Below are positions 7,047 through 14,932 of a stretch of DNA of 16,353 bases, piece by piece. Position 1 is the stretch's first letter. Every line of letters begins with the position of its first letter. The stretch spans positions 10,376-26,728 of the forward strand of contig PKZK01000090.1 in assembly GCA_003133025.1 (NCBI GenBank), in the 5' to 3' direction. The notes under the pieces are model-generated. The model had not been told where the DNA came from. It saw only the letters and a list, made by a program, of their open reading frames with translations, and did no database searches. The stretch is from Vulcanimicrobiota bacterium (GTDB taxonomy: Bacteria > Vulcanimicrobiota > Vulcanimicrobiia > Vulcanimicrobiales > Vulcanimicrobiaceae). Position numbers and translations under genes: made by a program.

Positions 7047-7577
7047 GTGGACGATTCCGGCGGGCTCATGGCGCGAGTGCGAGACCGTGACCCAGCCGCT
7101 TTTGAGAGCTTATACGACGGCTTTCATCGGCTGGTCTACGGTATTGCCCAACGCATGCTCGACGATTCCATGGCCGCCGAAGACCTCACGCAGGCGGTTT
7201 TCTTGAAACTCTGGGCCGACCCCGATGCATTTCACGGGGGCAATTTCGGCGCCTGGATCGCGCGGGTCGCACGAAACCGTGCGCTCGACGTCATTCGGGC
7301 GCGCAGCGTGCGACCCGAAGGAGAATTCCCGATCGATTTGGGCTCGGACGACGATTTGGACGAAACGGTCCTGGCCAAGATCGAAGGCGAACGCGTTCGA
7401 GCCGCGCTGCGAGCGTTGCCCGACGAGCAGCGGGCCCCGATCGAACTGGGCTTTTTCGGCGGCATCACCCATGAAGAGATCGCGCGTCGCACCGGTACGC
7501 CGCTGGGCACGGTAAAGACGCGAATTCGCAGCGGCTTGCGCAAATTGCGCGAAGCGCTCGAAGCGAGTGCGGCATGA
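7047..7577 (+). CDS. ECF RNA polymerase sigma factor (SigK-like)
   Basis: LMARVRDRDPAAFESLYD...AEDLTQAVFLKLW...FGAWIARVARNRALDVIR (region 2); LRALPDEQRAPIELGFFGGITHEEIARRTGTPLGTVKTRIRSGLRKLR (region 4). Start GTG 7047 or ATG 7068; ATGA overlap with the anti-sigma gene. Confidence 0.92.
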   Translation: MDDSGGLMARVRDRDPAAFESLYDGFHRLVYGIAQRMLDDSMAAEDLTQAVFLKLWADPDAFHGGNFGAWIARVARNRALDVIRARSVRPEGEFPIDLGSDDDLDETVLAKIEGERVRAALRALPDEQRAPIELGFFGGITHEEIARRTGTPLGTVKTRIRSGLRKLREALEASAA

Positions 7578-8443
7578 ACGGCTCGTCCGAACACGACGAA
7601 GCGCTGCTCGACTCGGTCGCAGCGTACGCTCTCGGCACGCTGTCCGAGGCGGAGGCGCGCGACGTCGCCGCGCACATCGCAACATGCGCGGAATGCGCGC
7701 GCGAATACCACGACCTGCGCGGCGCCGCGGATCTGGTCGGCTACGCGGCCGAGACCCCGGAGTACGCGCCGAACGAACTGCAAAGCGCGCGCATGAAGTC
7801 CGCGATCGTGCGCCACGTACGCGCGGCCTCGGACGTGCCGCCGGTTACGGTGCCGGCGCCGGGCTCGACGCCGGCGCCCCCGCCTGCTTCGCCGGGTGCG
7901 CCCGTCGCGACGCTGCCGGTGCGGTCGCGCGCGCCGTGGCTGGCGTATCTCGCCGCGGCAGCATGTTTGGCCGTCGCGTTTCTCTCGACGTTCCAACTGA
8001 GCAACGTACGTGCCCAGCACGAGCAAGACGTCCAGCAATTGACGTTGCTGCGCGCGCAGGTCGATCAACAGGAAGTCGCCGCCAACGAGGCGCGCGGTCA
8101 CCTGGCCTTGACCCAATCGATCGTTGCCGATTTGCTCGCGCCGGGCGCCCAACGGTTCCCGGTTCCGCGCGGCCTCGTCGCGCGCAGCAACGGCCGGATC
8201 GTCATCGCGCTGCAGCATCTCCCCGCGCTGCCCAAGGGCAAGGTGTATCAGGCCTGGACGCTGCGCCGCGGAGCAAAGGCCGTCGCGCCGAGCATCACCT
8301 TCACGCCCGATACGTCGGGCCTGCTGATCGTCGAGTTGCCGGGTAGCGCGACCGACATTGCCGCCGTCGCCTTGAGCGTCGAACCCACCGGCGGCAGTAA
8401 GGCGCCGACCACGACGCCGGCCTTCGTGCGCCCGCTTTCCTGA
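7574..8443 (+). CDS. rskA: Anti-sigma factor, RskA-like (zinc-binding ZAS domain, TM helix, RskA C-terminal domain)
   Basis: AAYALGTLS..E...AHIATCAEC (HxxxCxxC), Pro-rich linker, TM WLAYLAAAACLAVAFL, coiled segment, then LPALPKGKVYQAW...VALSVEPTGGSKAPT. Confidence 0.9.
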   Translation: MNGSSEHDEALLDSVAAYALGTLSEAEARDVAAHIATCAECAREYHDLRGAADLVGYAAETPEYAPNELQSARMKSAIVRHVRAASDVPPVTVPAPGSTPAPPPASPGAPVATLPVRSRAPWLAYLAAAACLAVAFLSTFQLSNVRAQHEQDVQQLTLLRAQVDQQEVAANEARGHLALTQSIVADLLAPGAQRFPVPRGLVARSNGRIVIALQHLPALPKGKVYQAWTLRRGAKAVAPSITFTPDTSGLLIVELPGSATDIAAVALSVEPTGGSKAPTTTPAFVRPLS

Positions 8444-9267
8444 CCATCGCGCGACGTTTCGAACCGCTCGCGCCGCGCGACGCCGCCGAGGCTCTCGCCT
8501 TCCTTTCGAACGAGCCGTACGACAACGTCTACGTCTATTCGCTCGTGCATGCGGGAACGGGCCCGTGCTATCTGTCGCGCGATGCCGGCGGGCTCGTTCG
8601 CGGCGTGCTCTACGACGGGCCGAACCTGGTGTTTGCGGTACGATCGGCGGAGGACGTCGATGCGTTCGCCGCCGCACCGCTCGGCGGCCGCGGCACGCGC
8701 ATGATCGTCGGGCCGCGCCTCGCCGTCGAACGCTTTTGGGCAAAAGCGCGGGGACGTTTCAATCGTCCCTCGGCTTATCGCGATTCGCAGCCGGTGTATG
8801 CGCTCGAGCCGGGGCGCGTCTCCACAGCGCGACCTCGGACGGATCTCGACATTCGTCCGGCGACGCTCGACGAACTCGACGAGTTAGCCCTCCAGGCGGC
8901 CGTCATGGCCGCCGGAGAATTCGGCGCGCCGCCGCCGGCGCGCGTCGATTTCGGATTTCGCAGCCGCACCGCGCAGACGATTACGGCCGGTGGCTTTTGG
9001 CGCGCCCGGCGCGCGGGAAAGCTCGTTTTCCAATGCTACGTGGGCGCGACGAGCCCGTTCACCGCGCAGATCCAAGGCGTGTGGTCGCCGCCGGGTGCTC
9101 GCGGCCAGGGCGATGCGTCGGCAGCCTTCACCGCGATCTGCGCGACGCTCTTGCAGACCTATCCGAGCCTATCGCTCTACGTCAACGGCTTCAACGAGCG
9201 CGCGATCGCGCTCTACGAGCGAACCGGATTTCGCCGCGTCTCGGAGTTTGCGTCGGTCATCTTCTGA
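8440..9267 (+). CDS. GNAT family N-acetyltransferase (DUF4081/FR47-like); probable CTG start
   Basis: C-terminal QIQGVWSPPGARGQG, LSLYVNGFNERAIALYERTGF. The frame is open from 8401 and encodes a family-like N-terminus (LAPRDAAEALAFLSNEPYDNVY) upstream of the first GTG (8545). CTG 8440 overlaps the anti-sigma stop as CTGA. Confidence 0.82.
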   Translation: MTIARRFEPLAPRDAAEALAFLSNEPYDNVYVYSLVHAGTGPCYLSRDAGGLVRGVLYDGPNLVFAVRSAEDVDAFAAAPLGGRGTRMIVGPRLAVERFWAKARGRFNRPSAYRDSQPVYALEPGRVSTARPRTDLDIRPATLDELDELALQAAVMAAGEFGAPPPARVDFGFRSRTAQTITAGGFWRARRAGKLVFQCYVGATSPFTAQIQGVWSPPGARGQGDASAAFTAICATLLQTYPSLSLYVNGFNERAIALYERTGFRRVSEFASVIF

Positions 9268-9270
9268 GGT

Positions 9271-9966
9271 TCAGAGTTGCAGCACGTCGAGCGGGGTCTC
9301 GACCGCGCCCGCACCGTTGCGCACCACCCGATAGGCGCGCGTAGCGGGACGCGCGCTCGGAATCGCGTGCAAACGGCCGTCGACGTAATGCAGGCCCACG
9401 CCGTCGTCACAGGCGATGCCGTCGCCGATGACGCCCTCGCTCACCAACCGGTGGTAGGCCGGGCGCCGGTCGCGCTCGCCGTCGTAGTGCGGACAATTGC
9501 TGCCGGACACGAAGCCGAGGCACGGTAAGCGCGTCAGATCGCCGGCAAGCGAATCGGTGACGCCCTCCTCGAACCAGCAGATCGATCCCGCGCTCGAACC
9601 GCAGAGCACGATCCCGTTCGCGTAGGCTTCCCGCAGCGCGGCATCCATGCCCCAATCGCGCCAAACCGCGAGCATGCTGCGCGTATTGCCGCCGCCGACG
9701 TGCACGATGTCCTGGGAGAGGACCAAACTGCGGATGTCGGCCGGGGGCCTGCGAAAGAACTGCAACACCGAGAGCGTGCCGCCGAAACGGCCGTACGATT
9801 CATAGAAACGCGCGACGGAACCCGCATCGTCGCCGCTCGCGGTCGGCACGAAGAGCACGCGCGGTTTCGCTTTGCCGGAAGCAGAGACGATGTATTCCTC
9901 GAGCTTGAAGTTTCCGGTGTCGGGCAGCAAAACGCCGCCGCCCATCGCGATAATCTGTTCAGCCAT
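9271..9966 (-). CDS. pepE: Peptidase E / peptidase family S51
   Basis: IIAMGGG, FVPTASGD, DIVHVGGGNT, GSSAG nucleophile elbow, NCPHYD, GIACDDG. Confidence 0.88.
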   Translation of the reverse strand: MAEQIIAMGGGVLLPDTGNFKLEEYIVSASGKAKPRVLFVPTASGDDAGSVARFYESYGRFGGTLSVLQFFRRPPADIRSLVLSQDIVHVGGGNTRSMLAVWRDWGMDAALREAYANGIVLCGSSAGSICWFEEGVTDSLAGDLTRLPCLGFVSGSNCPHYDGERDRRPAYHRLVSEGVIGDGIACDDGVGLHYVDGRLHAIPSARPATRAYRVVRNGAGAVETPLDVLQL

Positions 9967-9975
9967 CGTTTCTGC

Positions 9976-10755
9976 TTACGGTTTGAGGGGAGGAAACGTT
10001 CCTTCGCGGACTTCGCGCGCGTAATCGCGCAGAGCGTCGGTAGCGACCTCTGCGAGTTCGGCGTAGCGTTTGACGAAGGGCGGCGGATCGGGGTAGAGCC
10101 CGAGCGCGTCGTACAAAACGAGCACCTGGGCATCGCAGTGCGGGCCGCTTCCAATACCAATGGTCGGAATCGAGAGCTGCTGCGTGATTTCGGCGCTGAC
10201 GGTTGCATCGATTCCTTCGAGCACGACTGCGAACGCCCCGCTCGATTCGACCGCTCGTGCGTCGGCCAGCAAGAGATCGCGGTCGCGTTTGCGTTTGAAG
10301 CCGGCCTCGAGCGCGGCCGTCTGAGGCAAAACGCCGATATGTGCCACCACCGGAATGCCTGCGGCCACGATCGCCGCGATGCGGCTCGCGACGCGCACGC
10401 CGCCCTCGAGCTTCACGCTGCCGGCCCCGGCCTTTACCAGTCGAACGGCCGAATGCACGGCATCGACATCGCCGGCTTCGTACGATCCGAAGGGCAGGTC
10501 GACGATCACGTGCGCCTTGTGCGTCGAACGCACCACCGCGCCGGCGTGCCGGCACATGTCGTCGAGATCCACGGGAACGGTCGACGTAAAGCCGAGCGCG
10601 ACATGGCCGAGCGTGTCGCCCACGAGGACGACGTCGATGCCGGCGGCTTCGACGCAGCGCGCGAACGGCGCGTCGTAGGCGGTGATGACGGGGAAGGGAA
10701 TGCCCTTGCGGGCACGGATCGCCGTCGCGCCGAGGCGCCTCTCGAATGCCATCAT
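9976..10755 (-). CDS. panB: 3-methyl-2-oxobutanoate hydroxymethyltransferase
   Basis: ITAYDAPFA, LVGDTLG, DLPFGSY, VKLEGG, HIGVLPQ, PTIGIGSG..CDAQVLV..DALG, FVKRYA. Start ATG 10755 or 10752. Confidence 0.96.
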   Translation of the reverse strand: MMAFERRLGATAIRARKGIPFPVITAYDAPFARCVEAAGIDVVLVGDTLGHVALGFTSTVPVDLDDMCRHAGAVVRSTHKAHVIVDLPFGSYEAGDVDAVHSAVRLVKAGAGSVKLEGGVRVASRIAAIVAAGIPVVAHIGVLPQTAALEAGFKRKRDRDLLLADARAVESSGAFAVVLEGIDATVSAEITQQLSIPTIGIGSGPHCDAQVLVLYDALGLYPDPPPFVKRYAELAEVATDALRDYAREVREGTFPPLKP

Positions 10756-10762
10756 CGTCGCG

Positions 10763-11593
10763 CTACGCCCCGGCGGCGCGGCGCACCTCGTCCAAAGCGC
10801 GCTCGTTCTCGGGCGTGGGCACGCCGAGCGAACGCCCGAGGCGCACGATTTCACCGTTGATGGCTTCGATCTCGGTGGGCCGGCCGCGGTCGAGGTCTTG
10901 CAGCATCGACGAGCGGTTCGACGCCGTGGCGCGAGCAACGTCGAGAACGCGCTCGACCGGATCGGCGTAGGGCAAAGCGACGCCCGCAGCCGCGGCCACT
11001 GCGGCGGCTTCGCGAGCGAGAAGCGCGGCGCGAACCGAGGCCGGCGCGTGATCGAGCACGTGGGCGTTGGTTCGGCCCGCGAGCGCGGTGACCGGATTGA
11101 TCGCCGCGTTGACCACGAGCTTGGCCCAGAGGTGCGGTTCGATCGGGTCGGCGACGGCCGCGGCCAAACCGGCGGCACGAAACAGGTCGGCAAGTGCATC
11201 GCCGAGATCAGTGCCCGCAGATCCGGCCGGTGTGCCCACCGTCGTCAAACCGAAACCGCCGCGGCGCACGGTCCCGTCCGCGTGGCGCGTGGCGCCCTCG
11301 GTCGTGGGCGCGAGGAGAATCGTTCGGCCCGGCCCGAGCGCGGTCTCGATGTGTCCGACTTGGAGCAGCCCGTTCTGCAACGATGCGATCGCCGCGCCCG
11401 TTGCGAGCACGTCGCGCAGCGGGCGCAGCGCCGCGACGGTATCGTAGGTCTTGACCGCGACGAGCACGATGCGGGCCGCGGAGAGACGCGTGGGATCGCC
11501 GCCGCGCCTCAGCGTTTCGACGCGCGCGACTTTCCCCAAGGCGTCGGCGAAGAGCGTGCCGAGAGCGCCTGCGCCGACGATGCCGATCGTCAT
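10763..11593 (-). CDS. panE: 2-dehydropantoate 2-reductase (ketopantoate reductase)
   Basis: GAGALG, VAVKTYD, SLQNG, LWAKLVVNAAINPVTAL, SSMLQD..GRPTEIEAING. Ends 7 nt upstream of the panB start. Confidence 0.92.
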   Translation of the reverse strand: MTIGIVGAGALGTLFADALGKVARVETLRRGGDPTRLSAARIVLVAVKTYDTVAALRPLRDVLATGAAIASLQNGLLQVGHIETALGPGRTILLAPTTEGATRHADGTVRRGGFGLTTVGTPAGSAGTDLGDALADLFRAAGLAAAVADPIEPHLWAKLVVNAAINPVTALAGRTNAHVLDHAPASVRAALLAREAAAVAAAAGVALPYADPVERVLDVARATASNRSSMLQDLDRGRPTEIEAINGEIVRLGRSLGVPTPENERALDEVRRAAGA

Positions 11594-11662
11594 TCCGCCG
11601 CATTCACGACGGCAAGCCCTTCCGCCCGGCGAATCTGAACATTAAACAATACGGGACACATA

Positions 11663-11691
11663 TTGACTTACTGAACGATGTTCAATATTCT
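11663..11691 (+). promoter_or_regulatory. Sigma70 promoter for a leaderless SDR transcript
   Basis: TTGACT (11663-11668), 17-nt spacer, TATTCT (11686-11691), then 6 nt to ATG 11698. Lies in a markedly AT-rich intergenic patch. Confidence 0.72.
11672..11684. promoter_or_regulatory. Palindromic operator TGAAC-GAT-GTTCA in the promoter spacer
   Basis: Perfect 5-3-5 inverted repeat between -35 and -10, with an extra half-site TGAACAT at 11636-11642. Confidence 0.6.
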
Positions 11692-11697
11692 CGACAC

Positions 11698-12666
11698 ATG
11701 AACGTCGCGATCTTCGGAGCGGCCGGCGCGATCGGCCCGGTCGCCGCCACGGAACTCTTGCGCCGCGGTCATCGCGTGCGGGTCGTCGGACGCGACGCGA
11801 GTCGGCTGGCCGGCATCGCCGGCGCCGAACCGTTTGCGGCCGATCTGCTCCAGCCCGAGGCCGCCGCGGCCGCCGCCGAGGGCATGGATGCGATCCTGTA
11901 TACTGCCGGCGTACCCTACGACCGGTTCGATCTCCACCCGCCGATGATGCGCAACGCACTTGCTGCAGCGAAGGCGTCGGGCGTGCGTCAATTCATCCAC
12001 ATCTCCAACGTGTACGTGTACGGCCTGCCGCAAACTCCCCTCGTGTCCGAAACGCACCCGCTCGCGCCGAACACGCGCAAGGGAACGTTCCGCCTCGAAC
12101 AAGAGACTCTGGTCGTCGCCGCGCACGACCCGAACGGTTTACGCACGCTGGCCTTGCGGCCGCCCGACTTCTTCGGACCGGGCGTGGCCAACTCGCTTGC
12201 CGACTTCGTGCTCAACGCCGCGCTCGCGGGAAAAACGCCCGACGTGTTGGGACCCGACGATCGCCCGCACGAGTTTATTTACGTTCCCGATCTCGCGCCG
12301 GTCATCGCCGATCTCTTCGAGCGGCCCGACGCGTTCGGAACGGCCTACAACATCGCCGGCAGCGGCGAGATCACGACGCACGACTTCGTCGAAGCGCTCC
12401 TGCGCGCCGCGGGGCGGCCCACCAAGACGCGGGTCGCGGGCAAGAACGTGCTGCGCCTCCTGGGCCTCTTCAATCCGCTGATGCGCGAACTCGTCGAGAT
12501 GAATTACTTACAGAGCACGCCCGTGATGCTCGACGAGACCAAACTGCGCGGCGTGCTGCCGAACCTCAGGAAGACCTCGTATGCCGAGGGCATCGCCGCG
12601 ACCGTTCAACGCAGCCTCCAGCGCCAGGCGTCCCACCAGGGCGCGACGGTCGGCGCGGGCGCATAA
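11698..12666 (+). CDS. NAD(P)-dependent epimerase/dehydratase family protein (atypical SDR)
   Basis: IFGAAGAIG Rossmann motif, ISNVYVYG, ETHPLAPNTRKG, LRPPDFFGP, HEFIYVPDLA, LGLFNPLMRELVEM. It lacks the canonical YxxxK. Confidence 0.88.
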   Translation: MNVAIFGAAGAIGPVAATELLRRGHRVRVVGRDASRLAGIAGAEPFAADLLQPEAAAAAAEGMDAILYTAGVPYDRFDLHPPMMRNALAAAKASGVRQFIHISNVYVYGLPQTPLVSETHPLAPNTRKGTFRLEQETLVVAAHDPNGLRTLALRPPDFFGPGVANSLADFVLNAALAGKTPDVLGPDDRPHEFIYVPDLAPVIADLFERPDAFGTAYNIAGSGEITTHDFVEALLRAAGRPTKTRVAGKNVLRLLGLFNPLMRELVEMNYLQSTPVMLDETKLRGVLPNLRKTSYAEGIAATVQRSLQRQASHQGATVGAGA

Positions 12667-14210
12667 CCGCGCAGGCGCTTCGTCGCCACGGTGATGCGGC
12701 GCAGCAGGTAGAGCGGGATGAAGGGTACGGTTGCCGCGATGCGCCGTTCGGCGATGCCGTAGGCCCGGGCGCGCACGGCGGGATCGTCGCTCGCCAGCCC
12801 CGCGCGTTCGGCCGCATCGAAAGCGGCGTCGCAGTAGAGATCGTCGTTTTCGCCGTGCGGGCGAAACGCCGCGCAGGTCAAATACTCGGAATAGTCGGGA
12901 TCGAGTTGCAGCGTGTTCTGCGCCGTCGAGAGATCGTAGCGGTGCGTGACGATCGGGCCGTCGTAGGCAAAGATCGTCTCGTAGGCGTAGCCTTTGAGCT
13001 GCACGTCGATGCCCACGGCATGGAGCATCGCCTGAATCTGCACGCCGAGCGCGCGTTCGGTCGACGAACCCGCCGGATAGATCAACGCGAACGACAGCCG
13101 CTCCCCGCCGCGCCGGCGCACGCCGTCGGCGCCCGAGCGCCAGCCGGCGGCGTCGAGTTCGCGCCGCGCCGCCGTTGGATCGAAGGGCACCGGTGGATTG
13201 CGCACGTAGCCGAGCGTTCCGGGCGGCAACACGTCGTAGGCGCGCTCGCCCACGCCGTGCGTGATCTTCTCGATCAGCGCGTCGACGTCGATCGCGCGCA
13301 CCATGGCGCGGCGCACCGCGAGGTCGCGCAAGCCGGGGCGCGCGTCGTTGCTCAACAGCATCTCCATCACGTTCGAGCGGCCGAGCGTGGTGACGTAGTC
13401 CGTCAGCACGCGGTACTGCGGATAGAAATCAGCCGACGGATTGGCCACGAAATCGGTCTGTCCGGAGCGCAGCAGGTTCAGAATCGTCGCGTCGTCGGGC
13501 ACGATCGAGAAGTCGATGCGATCGAGACCCGGACGGCCACGCCAGTACGCCGGGAACGCGGCGAGCCTGATGCGTTCGCCGCGCCGCCACTCCACCACGC
13601 GAAACGGTCCGGTGCCGATCGGCCGCGCGTTGTATGCGGCGCGGTTGAGATCGGGTAAACCCCGCAAGAGATGTGCGGGCACGAGCGCCTTGGCGTCTTC
13701 TTGCAGATCGGTGAAGAATTGACTGACGAACGGCGGATAGCGGCGCTTCAGGTGCACGACCACCGTGTAGCGATCGGGCGTATCGATGGCGGCGACTTCA
13801 GCGTAGCCTTGACGGCCGAAAATGTCGTTGCGCGGATTCATCACCGCCTGCCACGAGAAGCGCACGTCCGCCGAAGTGAAAGCCACGCCGTCGTGCCAGG
13901 TGACGCCGTGCCTCAGGTGATAGCGATACGTCTTGCCGTCGGAGGAGATGCCCCCGTTGCGCAGCGTGGGTACCTCCGTCGCGAGATCGGGGATCGGCGT
14001 GCCGCTTCCATCGGCGGTGACCAGGTGCGAGAAGATCAGCGAGGCGAGCGCGTACGAGAGATCCTGTTGCGAAAGCAACGGGTTCAGCGAGTCGGGTTCG
14101 CCGCGGCTCGCGACGCGCAACACCGATTGCGTCGCGGCCGGAGCTCGGGCCGCGTGTGCGCCGCTCGCGATCGCAACCGCGAGCGCCGCGGCGGCGGCGA
14201 GGCGCTTCAC
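12606..14210 (-). CDS. Peptide/nickel-type ABC transporter substrate-binding protein (SBP family 5), with signal peptide
   Basis: Start GTG 14210 (VKRLAAAAALAVAIASGAHA), EPDSLNPLL, PDLATEVPT..NGGIS.DGKTY.YHLRHGVTWHDG..FTSADVRFSW, PIGTGPF, VRRAMVRAID, C-terminal PFIPLY...WWDAWRW. GTGA overlap with the lrgB stop. Confidence 0.9.
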   Translation of the reverse strand: MKRLAAAAALAVAIASGAHAARAPAATQSVLRVASRGEPDSLNPLLSQQDLSYALASLIFSHLVTADGSGTPIPDLATEVPTLRNGGISSDGKTYRYHLRHGVTWHDGVAFTSADVRFSWQAVMNPRNDIFGRQGYAEVAAIDTPDRYTVVVHLKRRYPPFVSQFFTDLQEDAKALVPAHLLRGLPDLNRAAYNARPIGTGPFRVVEWRRGERIRLAAFPAYWRGRPGLDRIDFSIVPDDATILNLLRSGQTDFVANPSADFYPQYRVLTDYVTTLGRSNVMEMLLSNDARPGLRDLAVRRAMVRAIDVDALIEKITHGVGERAYDVLPPGTLGYVRNPPVPFDPTAARRELDAAGWRSGADGVRRRGGERLSFALIYPAGSSTERALGVQIQAMLHAVGIDVQLKGYAYETIFAYDGPIVTHRYDLSTAQNTLQLDPDYSEYLTCAAFRPHGENDDLYCDAAFDAAERAGLASDDPAVRARAYGIAERRIAATVPFIPLYLLRRITVATKRLRGYAPAPTVAPWWDAWRWRLR

Positions 14211-14932
14211 CGGCCGAGCAGCATGAAAACCAGCGGCGGGACGAGCACGGCCGTGGCGATCGCATTCAAGCCCATCGCCAAACTCGAAAACGCGCCCGCG
14301 GTCAGGTCGAGCATCAGCGCGCGCGCGGTGCCGATGCCGTGCGACGCCGTGCCCACGCCGAGCCCGCGCGCGCGCCAATCCCGAATGCCCGTTGCCGCAT
14401 AGAGCGAGGGAAAGAGCATGGCGCCGGTAATGCCGGTCATGATTACGAGCGCCGCCGTCAGCGAGGGCAATCCGCCGATTTTTTCACTGATGCCCATCGC
14501 GACGGGCGCCGTCACCGACTTCGGCGCGAGCGAGCGCAGCACGACGTCGGTGGCGCCGAGCGCGCGGCCGATGACGACGGCGCTGACGGTCGCGGTCGCC
14601 GAGCCGCACACGATGGCCACGGCGATTGCCGGCGCGGCGCGACGAATCCGTTCGATGTTCGCAAACAACGGCACGGCCAGCGCTACCGTCGCCGGCCCGA
14701 GCAGAAATTGAATGAATTGCGCGCCCTCGAAATAGCGCTCGTAGGGGATGTGTCCCACTTCGAGGAGCACGGCGATCGCGACGACGCTGACCAAGACGGG
14801 CTGAAAGAGCGGGAAGCCGCGCGTGCGCTGGTACAGCGCCGAGGCCGCGACGTATGCGCAGAGCGTGACGACGAGCCCGAGCAACGGGCTCGCCTCGAGG
14901 TACACCCAGATGTTGGTGATGCCGTGCGTCAC
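14207..14932 (-). CDS. lrgB: LrgB/CidB family membrane protein
   Basis: Y..YFEGAQFIQFLLGPATVALAVPL, SLAPKSVTAPVAM, GIPS-like GLPSLTA, ARGLGVGTASHGIGTARA, GAFSSLAMGLN. GTG 14932 overlaps the cidA stop. Confidence 0.93.
   Translation of the reverse strand: MTHGITNIWVYLEASPLLGLVVTLCAYVAASALYQRTRGFPLFQPVLVSVVAIAVLLEVGHIPYERYFEGAQFIQFLLGPATVALAVPLFANIERIRRAAPAIAVAIVCGSATATVSAVVIGRALGATDVVLRSLAPKSVTAPVAMGISEKIGGLPSLTAALVIMTGITGAMLFPSLYAATGIRDWRARGLGVGTASHGIGTARALMLDLTAGAFSSLAMGLNAIATAVLVPPLVFMLLGR

Noticed and set aside
7837..7920. GC-rich quasi-repeats inside the anti-sigma gene
   Set aside because: Explained by a Pro/Ala-rich linker (PPVTVPAPGSTPAPPPASPGAP); no regular repeat-spacer pattern, and no CRISPR array or IS ends seen anywhere in the window.
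11673..11683. GAAC...GTTC as a LexA/SOS (Cheo) box
   Set aside because: The spacer is 3 nt (GAAC-GAT-GTTC); the Gram-positive-type LexA box needs 4 nt, and the target is not a repair gene.
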